Source: Candidatus Bathyarchaeota archaeon (GTDB taxonomy: Archaea > Thermoproteota > Bathyarchaeia > Bathyarchaeales > Bathycorpusculaceae). Taken from it: 64,000 nt of DNA. The DNA lies in NCBI GenBank assembly GCA_963833575.1, contig CAWHXY010000004.1:736001-800000 (forward strand). Direction: 5' to 3'. The notes beneath the pieces were generated by a model. It was not told the origin of the DNA. It ran no database searches and saw only the letters and a program-made list of their open reading frames with translations. The translations under genes and the position numbers were made by a program. How positions within the stretch are numbered: the first letter of the stretch is position 1; every line of letters starts with the position of its first letter. Positions 39,396 to 48,837 of this stretch are shown here, piece after piece.

Positions 39396-40370
39396 TTAAA
39401 CGACAAGATCGGCCATGTCTACACTACGTTCGTAAATTTGTCTAAGGAAAGAAACCGCTGCCAATAGCTGCGGCATCAAATCAATAGAAGAATCTTTTGC
39501 GACCCGCTCAATGTTTGAGTATGTGGCATCTATTCTTGTTCTTAGGTTACGTACATTTTCGGCTAATGAGATGTCTTTGGTTATAAAGGATTTTAGTGCC
39601 TGTTCATTGGCTCTACAGCAAGCTTCCTGTAAATCAAGCAGCAACTTTTGCAATTCGCTAGACATCTTCACGCCATTAAGCGCTATTGTTTTTGAAGCTA
39701 CCTGCACGCTTGCATCGCCTATTCCTTCAATCAAACTTGCGGCTAAACGATAATCCAAACATTCTATTGGAGTAATCCCTAGTTTCTCGCTTAAACGCGG
39801 ATTTTGAATAATTGTTCGAAGAATTCTTACCAGCAAAAAATACAATTTATTACTTTCAGAATCTCGCTCGATCACATTCTTAGCTAACTCTACGTCGCCA
39901 TAAACAAATGAGTTGGCAGCATCACGAGTCATTCCTGCCACAATGGCATATGTTCGATGCAGGATTTTTTCTGGTATAAATCCAGATGGCTGCTGCATCA
40001 AAGTTTGGAGGGAAATCTTTGAGCTGGTTTCCTCCACAATCTCTAAACCAACCAAAGAACTTGCAGTTGACTTAACTACTTTTCTTGCAGCGGAATCAAT
40101 CCTATCCTTTGCTTCAATATCGATAATGTCGTAGCCTAGAAGATAGCGTCCAACAATTTCTCGACCTAGGTAAGGACCTACAGTTAGAGAAGTAATTCGG
40201 GGCGGGGATTCAACATTATTAGAAGGGTCCACAATGAGTTTGCCATCACTAGTTACATCCAAGCTTACCAAATCGCCTTTTTTCAAACCACTCTTGTTAG
40301 CCCAATCTCTAGGTACGCAAACAAAAAAAGTCCCAGTTGGCGTTTGTTGAACTTTTCGTGATTCACTCAT
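39396..40370 (-). CDS. Phosphate uptake regulator (AbrB plus PhoU domains)
   Basis: RKVQQTPTGTFFVCVPRDW, YLLGYD and IEGIGD. Confidence 0.9.
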   Translation of the reverse strand: MSESRKVQQTPTGTFFVCVPRDWANKSGLKKGDLVSLDVTSDGKLIVDPSNNVESPPRITSLTVGPYLGREIVGRYLLGYDIIDIEAKDRIDSAARKVVKSTASSLVGLEIVEETSSKISLQTLMQQPSGFIPEKILHRTYAIVAGMTRDAANSFVYGDVELAKNVIERDSESNKLYFLLVRILRTIIQNPRLSEKLGITPIECLDYRLAASLIEGIGDASVQVASKTIALNGVKMSSELQKLLLDLQEACCRANEQALKSFITKDISLAENVRNLRTRIDATYSNIERVAKDSSIDLMPQLLAAVSFLRQIYERSVDMADLVV

Positions 40371-40626
40371 AAGTCTTGCACCAATCTAGATATAACGTAT
40401 CTAAACTATACGTTGCTTATATAAATTAAATTAAGTTTGAATAGTTAACGTTAATGAGTAATTAAACAAAAGCAGTGTGCAATCAACCCTATATTAAACT
40501 AATTAAGGAGTTCGGAGCGGTTCAAAAGGCTAAATCACAAACAAAAAATAGCAAACAAAGCAAAAACATAAAAGCTTAGGCACAAAAGCATGACCCAAAG
40601 CAACTGGTTAAAAAGACAAGATCAAA

Positions 40627-42201
40627 ATGAGCGCACAAGAAAAACTACAAAAAGCAATCGAGACGACAATCGCAGCGGGGTACCAACTAAATAGCGAAGC
40701 TTTTGAATTCTTAAGCCAAAACTCAGACACCAACGATCCAGTTGACATTATGAATTCTGCACTTCTAAAGCTCCAAGATCTTGAAGAAAAACCGTTTTTT
40801 ATTGACAGAGTTTTCTTGGAAAGCTTATCGCAACAGCTAACCGCTTCCGTTGTCGAAACACAAACAGAACCTCAGAATCAAAAAGTCGTAGATCCACCAT
40901 TTACGCAGCAATTAAATCAAGGCAAGATTGATGAAAGCACCATTTTTTATCCATATGCGAGAGACATAAAATCATGTCTCAATATCCTCGAAGATGCTAC
41001 AGGTAAACTTAGTTCAAATGGAACATTGGAAGAATACGTACAATATTTTCAAGACAGGTTCAGAAGAATAGAGCATTTACTAAGGCAAAGAATCGATGTT
41101 AGATCTGCAACCTCAATTCTTGAAGCACTAAAATCTCCTGCCAAAACAAAACTCAAAATAATTTGTATGATAACAGAAAAAAGGGACTCAAAAAACCAAA
41201 TGATATTGTCTGTTGAAGATCTGCAAGGAACTGCAACAGTATTGGTTCCTCAAAAAGCCCAAGACGATGTACGCAAAAAAGCCCTCCTTCTTTTGCCAGA
41301 TCAAGTAGTATGCTTGGCTCTGATAAAGACAAGAACTAATCTTTTCCTAGCTGAAGACATTATTTTTCCAGAAATAGGCAAAAGACCTCCACAGAGAGCT
41401 AACGAGCCTGTATATGCTGTCTTAACGTCAGATCTTCATATTGGAAGCAACAAGTTTGAAAAAGAAGCATTCAAACGATTCATTCTGTGGCTCAGGGGCA
41501 AATATGGAACCGACCAAATGAGAGAAATGGCTGGCAGGGTCAAGTATGTCTTAATTGCAGGTGACATTGTCGACGGAGTAGGAGTTTACCCCAACCAAGC
41601 AAAAGAATTATCAATCCGTGATGTTCACAAACAATACGATTTTGCCGCTAAATATTTACATAAGATCCCAGATTATATAGAAATAGTAATTTCTCCTGGC
41701 AACCATGATGCTTCACGCAAAGCGTTGCCTCAGCCTGCCATACCTGAAGGCTACTTAACTGGAATACAAGGCAAAAAGAACATTCACTCAGTTGGAAGCC
41801 CCTGCCTTTTGAGTTTACACGGCGTTGAAGTTTTAATGTATCATGGCAGAAGCTTAGATGATATAGTTGCGGTTATACCTGGAATGGACCATGCGCACCC
41901 AGAAAAATCAATGAAGCTGCTTATGCAAAGCCGCCATTTAGCACCAGTTTATGGTGGAAAAACTTTGCTTTCTCCAGAAAACCGCGATTACTTAGTCATT
42001 GATAGAGTACCTGATATTTTTCATGCCGGGCATATCCATGTATTAGGTTACCTCAATTATCGTGGAGTGCTGGTTGTAAATTCTGGAGGTTGGCAACAAC
42101 AGACAGATTACATGGAAAAATTAGGGTTGGTTCCAACGCCGGGAAAAGTTCCAGTGGTTAACCTCCAGACATTAGAGATAACGGTTCTTTCATTCCTCTA
42201 A
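40627..42201 (+). CDS. polD1: DNA polymerase D small subunit DP1
   Basis: SDLHIGS, AGDIVDG, PGNHD, YHG, RHLAP and GHIH exonuclease motifs. Confidence 0.97.
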   Translation: MSAQEKLQKAIETTIAAGYQLNSEAFEFLSQNSDTNDPVDIMNSALLKLQDLEEKPFFIDRVFLESLSQQLTASVVETQTEPQNQKVVDPPFTQQLNQGKIDESTIFYPYARDIKSCLNILEDATGKLSSNGTLEEYVQYFQDRFRRIEHLLRQRIDVRSATSILEALKSPAKTKLKIICMITEKRDSKNQMILSVEDLQGTATVLVPQKAQDDVRKKALLLLPDQVVCLALIKTRTNLFLAEDIIFPEIGKRPPQRANEPVYAVLTSDLHIGSNKFEKEAFKRFILWLRGKYGTDQMREMAGRVKYVLIAGDIVDGVGVYPNQAKELSIRDVHKQYDFAAKYLHKIPDYIEIVISPGNHDASRKALPQPAIPEGYLTGIQGKKNIHSVGSPCLLSLHGVEVLMYHGRSLDDIVAVIPGMDHAHPEKSMKLLMQSRHLAPVYGGKTLLSPENRDYLVIDRVPDIFHAGHIHVLGYLNYRGVLVVNSGGWQQQTDYMEKLGLVPTPGKVPVVNLQTLEITVLSFL

Positions 42202-42217
42202 AGTATTTTCAACTAAA

Positions 42218-43459
42218 TCAACAAGTTTCAGTTTGAGTTTTACGTGAGGGTTGCGGAGAATAGCTGATTAAGCGGTTAAATCGGGTGTCATCGTTAAACA
42301 CATCCTTGATTAGGCTTCTCGAGATTTCAAGCCGAATTTTTTTAGTTCGGCCATATCGTCCCATGCTCACAACTTTTGCATTCACAAGCCCCATAGAATC
42401 TAGCTCGTTGATTAGAGTACCCAAACGACGTTGTGTCAGAAGCCCAGAGCCCATTTCTCCGCACAATTCGTTGTAAACATCGTATATTTCGCCTGTCGTA
42501 GCGCTTGGCTTGTTCAAATGATAAACACTGAGAAGGACTAGTTTAGAGTGCAAGGTCAAATTCTTAAGAGACTCGACAACGCGGTTATGCTCTATATGTT
42601 TCTCTGCCTGACGCACATGCTCCTCAGTAACCACTGAAGCACCTTGCCGTTCAGCAACTTCTCCAGCGACACGCAACAAATCCAAAGCTCGCCTCGCGTC
42701 GCCATGTTCTGCAGCGGCCAAAGCTGCGCAAATGCTTAACGCCGAATCAGACAAAACACCATCTTGAAAAGATAGCCTTGAACGTTCAAGAAGAATATTT
42801 CGAAGTTCACCCGCATCATACGGTCTGAAAACTAGTTCTTCTTCGCTAAGAGAACTAAAAACCCTAGGATCCAAAAATTCCTTCAAACGAAGGTCATTGG
42901 ATATGCCAATTATTGCAACTTTGCTTCTAGACAGAGTTTCATTTATTCTAGTTAACTCGTACATGAAGGCATCTCCTTTATCTTTAATCAAAGCGTCGAT
43001 TTCATCGAGAATTATTATGAAAATTATTCTGGAAGAATCTAATGCAGCGCGGAATCTATCAAAAACTTCACCCACAGATAAACCTGTAAAAGGTATAGCC
43101 ATCCCAATATTCTGACTTAGAGCTGCGAAAACTCGATATTCCGAACCCGTCATTCGACAGTTTATGTAACAAAATTTTACTTGAGAACCATATTCTTTTG
43201 CCTTAGATTCTAAGTGACTCAATACGTATTTGGTTACTGCAGTTTTACCTGTTCCAGTTTTTCCGTAAATAAAAATGTTGGAGCATCTTTCATCTTTTAA
43301 AACTGGCGCAACAGTTTGTCCCAATAATTTTATTTGTTCTTCCCTGTGCGGTAATTTTTCTGGTAGATAATCATGCCTTAATACTTCTCGATCTTTAAAA
43401 AGCCGAAGGCCATTAACGAAATTTTCGAATACATCATCTAATATGCTTGGATTGCCCAT
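42218..43459 (-). CDS. cdc6: Orc1/Cdc6 replication initiator
   Basis: LPHRE, GKTGTGKT, LDEID, GDARRALDLL and GRYGRT. Confidence 0.98.
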   Translation of the reverse strand: MGNPSILDDVFENFVNGLRLFKDREVLRHDYLPEKLPHREEQIKLLGQTVAPVLKDERCSNIFIYGKTGTGKTAVTKYVLSHLESKAKEYGSQVKFCYINCRMTGSEYRVFAALSQNIGMAIPFTGLSVGEVFDRFRAALDSSRIIFIIILDEIDALIKDKGDAFMYELTRINETLSRSKVAIIGISNDLRLKEFLDPRVFSSLSEEELVFRPYDAGELRNILLERSRLSFQDGVLSDSALSICAALAAAEHGDARRALDLLRVAGEVAERQGASVVTEEHVRQAEKHIEHNRVVESLKNLTLHSKLVLLSVYHLNKPSATTGEIYDVYNELCGEMGSGLLTQRRLGTLINELDSMGLVNAKVVSMGRYGRTKKIRLEISRSLIKDVFNDDTRFNRLISYSPQPSRKTQTETC

Positions 43460-43599
43460 TTTCCCATCGCCTTAACTTCAGAGGTAGAACCGTTATTTCG
43501 TGTGGAGAAGATAAAGGATGCAGTACAAAAAACTAAATTCATAGCACAATATTCTAAAAGGATATGAAAAAATCAGATTGAAACTAATTAAATAAGGTG

Positions 43600-44070
43600 T
43601 AAGACACACCCCAAAGCTTCTACTGGAAAAAATTTGTCAGCTAAAAGAAAACCCATTATATATAATATTTAGTAACTATACTCTGACTACTAAATAGAGA
43701 GTTTGTATATTAATAATTGTTATCCATTTTTTTAGATAAAGATTCTTTTAAAATTATTTCGAAGATTTCTAAGCTTTCTTTTGACCTCAAGGCTCGAGAG
43801 GAAACATAGGGGTGGCTCTTCACACGTATTTTCCATTGTTAATCAGTAATAACTTGGATTTTTTACAACCATAAACGTTTCAAGATTTTCGAGCTTGCCG
43901 CGATTCATCTTGTCTCACTGCAATTTCTATTTTCTTACTTCACAAAATTGTGAATACATGTGAAATAGCATTAATTTTGTCGCTTAATCACTTTCCTTTG
44001 TTCAAAAATTACCTATTTCTTGTCAGTTAACTGTGAACGGCCCACCCCTCAGCTTCTACTGGAGAACTGA
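43600..44070. promoter_or_regulatory. Replication origin (oriC): three ORB elements and an AT-rich unwinding region
   Basis: ORB-like TTCCAGTAGAAGCTTTGGGGTG (-, 43607-43629), TCGAGAGGAAACATAGGGGTG (+, 43793-43815) and CTCCAGTAGAAGCTGAGGGGTG (-, 44041-44064), directly upstream of cdc6. Confidence 0.88.
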
Positions 44071-44260
44071 AACCAAACACGAACTTTAGTTATTTAGCTA
44101 TTCGGATTTGCTGTGAAGCTGGTTATACCGAATTGGATGTAAATAGTGATCATTTAGCTAAAATAGCTGATTTTTTGCTTCTTTCAATTTTCTTGTTTCA
44201 CCATAACAGCTATAAGTTGTGAAGTGTAAAGCTGTGAACTGTCCTTAAGGTGTAGACCCG

Positions 44261-44692
44261 ATGCCAGCTCGTAAAATTCGTGTGGAGCTGTTCGATAGCG
44301 ATGGTAATCGATATACCATTGCTTTCGAGGGTCAAGTAACCCGTGATAAAGCTCTACGCCTCTTAGACCTTGTCGAGTTGTTGGGCGGTGCACCGAGCGA
44401 AGGTCCTACTGTAAATGCAGGAGCTTCTTTACCAAGTCGAATTCTTTCACGTTTTGAAAAAGTTCAGTTGGTAGTTCAGAAGAGTTTTCCGTTGATTTGG
44501 TTTTCTTCAAAAGATATCCAATCTGTCTATGAGCAAGAACTTAAGGAGCCTGTTAGCCTAAGTACCGTTTCAACTTATCTTTCAAGGATGGCAAGCAAGG
44601 GGATGCTTCTAAGAACAGGTGGATCAAATAATTTGAAGTACAAATCTGCCCCAAGTATTCCTCAAACAGCTTTGAAGCCACGCATTAAATAA
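44261..44692 (+). CDS. Origin-adjacent protein with C-terminal winged helix
   Basis: FSSKDIQSVYEQ..LSTVSTYLSRM..G.L wHTH pattern. Confidence 0.82.
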   Translation: MPARKIRVELFDSDGNRYTIAFEGQVTRDKALRLLDLVELLGGAPSEGPTVNAGASLPSRILSRFEKVQLVVQKSFPLIWFSSKDIQSVYEQELKEPVSLSTVSTYLSRMASKGMLLRTGGSNNLKYKSAPSIPQTALKPRIK

Positions 44693-44754
44693 TTAGAATC
44701 AACAAGGGCAAGTGCAAGTTGAAAGAAGTGAGCAACAATACCTTTTTTAAAGTT

Positions 44755-45480
44755 TTATTCAGTTTGGCTATTTTCGGGTTTTCTTAGTAGCTTTTCCATT
44801 TCTTTTTTGATACTGTAGCTGAACGGTATTTTACCCACTTCCCTCTCCAAATAACCTTCTTCATAAAGTTTCTTCATAAGTCTAGCCGTGTGTTCTCTGC
44901 TAAGATGTACTCTATCTTTGATTTCCGGAGCGGTCTTGGGGCCTTCTGAAGACAACATTTCCAGGACGGCAATTTCTGTGTCAGTTAGTGTTGCCATAGC
45001 TTTATCACGTCTAATAGGTATAACGGGCTCAACTCTAATTTCGGGAGCAATCGTGAGCTTTTGAATTTGCTCTTCGAAGCCTACGATTTTTTTCTTCAAG
45101 CTTTCCTGTGATGATTCAATATCTTTAATCTTTGATTCTAAACCTGTTAGCCCTGACAGAATGCTTATGTTGTTTTGCGACTCAGATGCAATAACGGTTA
45201 TTTGTTTTTCAAGAGGTAGCATATTCTTTTCTAATGCATCTACTTTTCTAAGGCTGGTATCGGCTTTAGCCAAGTTTCCCTCAATCTTGAACGCAATTAA
45301 ATTTAGTTTATCAGCTTCCCTTTTCAGCTCTCGGTTAAAACTAAGGACAATATCTTCAACAAACCCTTTAGCTTTTTCATACTCTTTTTGGGCTTTGCGT
45401 ATTTCCCTATAGTACTCGACTGAAGCTACGATAGTCGCACTCAGTAAAACGCCTAATAGTATGGTTACAAAGTCAGCCGT
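44755..45480 (-). CDS. Membrane-anchored coiled-coil protein with C-terminal wHTH; non-canonical start near 45480
   Basis: Frame is open upstream of the ORF-track start and adds ADFVTILLGVLLSATIVASVEYY (TM helix). C-terminus LTDTEIAVLEML..SREHTARLMKKLYEEGYLER is a wHTH. Confidence 0.82.
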   Translation of the reverse strand, partial: TADFVTILLGVLLSATIVASVEYYREIRKAQKEYEKAKGFVEDIVLSFNRELKREADKLNLIAFKIEGNLAKADTSLRKVDALEKNMLPLEKQITVIASESQNNISILSGLTGLESKIKDIESSQESLKKKIVGFEEQIQKLTIAPEIRVEPVIPIRRDKAMATLTDTEIAVLEMLSSEGPKTAPEIKDRVHLSREHTARLMKKLYEEGYLEREVGKIPFSYSIKKEMEKLLRKPENSQTE

Positions 45481-45777
45481 GATATTCCCCTCTGTGATCT
45501 AAACGTGATTAGCGGTGATTTTATCGGTCGCATCACAGATCACAGTTATCTATGGACTTTTTAAGGTTTTTGGTGATCTATTTTGATGTTAACTATGATA
45601 TCACATGTCACAGCTGATTTATTAACTTAGACGTTGACTCAATTCATTGAAGATATACCCTTAATTCAAGCTTATTTTGACATTTAACGCCTAATATTGA
45701 TTACTGTTATATGGACTTAATTACTCCTTTCCAGATTGTTATTAAATGCTAAATTATCACGTGATTTGTGACATCAC
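45479..45777. promoter_or_regulatory. GTGAT/ATCAC motif array 1
   Basis: About 11 copies in 300 bp, including phased copies at 45494/45505/45515 and the palindrome ATCACGTGAT at 45756-45765. Confidence 0.7.
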
Positions 45778-46253
45778 AAAGCCTCGTCTGATGGACTGGA
45801 AAGCCGTTTTAGGCTTGTTTCGAGCTCTTGGCGTATGATTTCTATCACTTTTAGATGGTCTTTTAATTCTTCTTCCTTGTTGGGTGTTTCTTGATGCGCA
45901 TCAACATATTCGTGCAGTTTGTTGGCTATTTCGAGATAGGGATCAAGAGTTGTGCTATCAAATACACCCAAATATCCCAAAAGCAGTACTGTATAGATGG
46001 ATTTTATAACGTTTTCTTTTGACTGTTTTAGTGTCCTGTTAAAGGATCCGCGGCTTATTTTAGCCTTAGTTAGTCGTAAGTTAGCTTTTTCGTCGTATTT
46101 TAGCTGTTTGCCCGATATATTTTCCGCTAAAATATCAATAAGCAATGTTTCAAGTTGAATTTTTGTTAATTGGCTGTTTTTAGCCAGTATTTTGACAATG
46201 GGGTCACTTATAGCTCCATTTAGCCAGGCTTGGACGCCGTCTTTTAACTTCAA
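45774..46253 (-). CDS. Conserved archaeal hypothetical protein (HTH-like)
   Basis: SQLTKIQLETL, ISRGSFNRTLKQ and SIYTVLLLGYLG. Confidence 0.8.
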   Translation of the reverse strand: MKLKDGVQAWLNGAISDPIVKILAKNSQLTKIQLETLLIDILAENISGKQLKYDEKANLRLTKAKISRGSFNRTLKQSKENVIKSIYTVLLLGYLGVFDSTTLDPYLEIANKLHEYVDAHQETPNKEEELKDHLKVIEIIRQELETSLKRLSSPSDEAL

Positions 46254-46645
46254 GTCGATCGCTTCCTCGTATTTCGAAATGGATACACTTTTGTATACTG
46301 CCTCGGCTTTTAAGGCTTATCCAAGTAAGAATTTGATTATTATTAGAATATAACTTGGAGAATAGAGCAGTAAATGTAAAAATAGGGCTGATTACTCTGT
46401 TTTTCAAGATTTGAGTCAACAATTGGTACAGTTAACAGATAAACGGCAAGATTATTGAAGCGTTTGTCAACGATTAATAGTAAAATTATACCAAAAAATG
46501 CATTATTGCTTACATCTTCTTCCACAAAATTACATTTGCTCCTCGAATATGCACAAAATCAGTCCATACTCCCTTGAATCATGTTAACTCTCGAGCACAT
46601 ACTTTTATCTCAGCTGATCAGAAGCACGGAGATTGAAGAATGCAT

Positions 46646-46737
46646 GTGACGTCACCAATAATAATGAAATAACCGTGATCTTAACTTAAAATCCTCGATA
46701 TCACAGCTTTGTGATGAGACTGTGATGCCTTTGTGAT
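46646..46737. promoter_or_regulatory. GTGAT/ATCAC motif array 2 with 11-bp phasing
   Basis: ATCAC at 46700; GTGAT at 46711, 46722 and 46733; also GTGACGTCAC at 46646 and GTGAT at 46675. Confidence 0.72.
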
Positions 46738-46760
46738 TTTGAAATTTCATGAGTTAATTG

Positions 46761-47594
46761 TCAGAGACGCACTGAGTACTCTTTAAGTTGATCAAAAAGT
46801 TCAGGCCGCAAATCCCTCAGAGTAGGAATAAATGTTTCTGCTGTTCTTAAGTCGCTGTAATCTAATTCACAAATAACAAAATCTTCTTTGTCATACTTTG
46901 CCTTGGCAAGAACATCTCCAGATGGGCTAACCAATCTACTTCCCCCCCAAAATTGCAAACCATCTTGAACGCCTGCAAGGTTAACGTAGGCTAAATAGGC
47001 TGTATTTTCCAACGCTCTAGCGCATGTTAGTGTTTCAAAGTAGCTTTTACGTACTGCTGGAGATGCCGATATGCAAATGATTAATTGTGCCCCTTTCAAG
47101 CGTGTAAGCCTGACCACTTCGGGAAAGAAAATATCATAGCAAATGCATAATCCAATTGGACCTAAATCTGTTTGAAACGTCTCTGCCTGATAGCCTGGAC
47201 GGAAATACCTTTTTTCTTCAAAAACACTATGAGTTGGTAAATACATTTTTCGATATTTACCAATTAAACCATCGGGACCAATGAGAACTGCGGTATTGAA
47301 AATTGTTGCTTGCGTTTTCTCACTTAACTCTGGCATCCCAAAAATGATGTGCATCTTCGACTTCTTGGCTAACGTCTCTACTTTTTTCACCGTTGGTCCA
47401 GGAATGGTTTCCGCTAACTCGTAAAGTTGATCTCTGACAACGTACCCAGACAATGAAAGCTCTGGAAAGATAGCTAGATCCGCACCCTGCTCTTTTGCCC
47501 TTAATGTTAATTTTTCTATTTTCTGAAGATTAGCTTCTTTGTTTTCTCGTTTACTGCTTATTTGGGCGAGGGCAAGTTTGAATTTAGCTTTCAT
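46761..47594 (-). CDS. Carbon-nitrogen hydrolase (nitrilase superfamily)
   Basis: FPEL, YRKMYLP and ICYD supply the Glu-Lys-Cys triad. Confidence 0.93.
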   Translation of the reverse strand: MKAKFKLALAQISSKRENKEANLQKIEKLTLRAKEQGADLAIFPELSLSGYVVRDQLYELAETIPGPTVKKVETLAKKSKMHIIFGMPELSEKTQATIFNTAVLIGPDGLIGKYRKMYLPTHSVFEEKRYFRPGYQAETFQTDLGPIGLCICYDIFFPEVVRLTRLKGAQLIICISASPAVRKSYFETLTCARALENTAYLAYVNLAGVQDGLQFWGGSRLVSPSGDVLAKAKYDKEDFVICELDYSDLRTAETFIPTLRDLRPELFDQLKEYSVRL

Positions 47595-47609
47595 GGTTTT
47601 TGTTCCTTT

Positions 47610-48452
47610 TCAATAAGTATGTCTTGGAAGCCTAAAATCGTTTCCTACCGTTCTAAATCCAATTTTCGGGGCGAGTGGCATTCTTCTCTTATGCTCATTT
47701 GATAGCCATCTACTCTTGACTTTATCAACTAAGGACTTCTGGATGCTTAGCTGATTGGCAATCTCTTCTGTCGCCATGAATCTTTCCAACCCATAGAGGA
47801 TAAGGTCTAACGTTTCATACTGAATTCCAAGTTCTGTCTCTGCAAGTTGATCTGGCCAAAGCGCAGGGGTTGAGGGTTTCAAGGCAAGCTCTTTGGGGAT
47901 TCCTAAATGAATTGCAAGATTTCGGACTTGTGTTTTGTACAAATCCATAATTGGCGCTATATCTGCGGCGACGTCTCCCCATTTGGTAAAGTAACCCATC
48001 ATCGTTTCAGATTTATCAGAGCTACCGGAAACAATTTTGTTAAACTTGTTAGCGTAATAATAAAGGTAAATCATTCTTGTCCTAGCTTTTATGTTACCTT
48101 TACACAGCCTATCTTTTGGATCAAACACCGGTATGGCTTTGTATAAGCAACCAAGAGCAGACGACATGTCACAGATCTGTGTTTGTAAATTGAATTTTTC
48201 TGCAACAAGCTTTGCGTCATCAATGTCCTTTTGATTAAAGTTTTCTTCTTCTGGAATCATAAGCCCTAGCACGTTGTCGCCACCTATTGCTCTGCTTGAA
48301 AGTGCGGCTATTGTTCCGCTATCAATTCCTCCGGAAAGCCCAAGTACTATTCCTTTGGCTCCTGCGTTTTCCACGTACTCCTTAATGAAGCGGCAGATTC
48401 TTTTTTCTGCTTCAGAGAAATCTACTGCTAATAATGACATTGTTAATTTCAA
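47610..48452 (-). CDS. nadE: NAD+ synthetase
   Basis: GLSGGIDS, NIKARTRM, GYFTKWGD and HKR. Confidence 0.97.
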   Translation of the reverse strand: MKLTMSLLAVDFSEAEKRICRFIKEYVENAGAKGIVLGLSGGIDSGTIAALSSRAIGGDNVLGLMIPEEENFNQKDIDDAKLVAEKFNLQTQICDMSSALGCLYKAIPVFDPKDRLCKGNIKARTRMIYLYYYANKFNKIVSGSSDKSETMMGYFTKWGDVAADIAPIMDLYKTQVRNLAIHLGIPKELALKPSTPALWPDQLAETELGIQYETLDLILYGLERFMATEEIANQLSIQKSLVDKVKSRWLSNEHKRRMPLAPKIGFRTVGNDFRLPRHTY

Positions 48453-48554
48453 TTAGTCTTCACTCAGCTCCATAATCTTGAGTTTGTAGGCAAGTATTTA
48501 AGGACAAGCATAAATATTAATTGACCATTACCATCAATTTGAAGGCTGTTATGT

Positions 48555-48821
48555 TTGGGGCGAAGAAGAAAAAAAGTTGTTCATATTCCTAAGAAACGTT
48601 TGCCAAAATTCTTCTCATGCCCGACATGCGGAAAAGAAACAGTTAAAGTTGAATTATTCAGGGAAGATGGTCATGCCGTTGCTCAATGTAGTAGCTGCGG
48701 TCTTAAAGAGGAGTTTCCAGTTAAGCATGCACAAGGCGAAGTTGACGTTTACTGCATGTTAACCGACCGAGTTTATAGTTCCATAAAAAAAACTCCTGTA
48801 AAGAACGTTAAAGAAGAATAA
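48555..48821 (+). CDS. elf1: Transcription elongation factor Elf1
   Basis: MGRRRKK, FSCPTC, CSSCG and VDVY. Confidence 0.88.
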   Translation: MGRRRKKVVHIPKKRLPKFFSCPTCGKETVKVELFREDGHAVAQCSSCGLKEEFPVKHAQGEVDVYCMLTDRVYSSIKKTPVKNVKEE

Positions 48822-48837
48822 TCGAAGGATTATTGTT

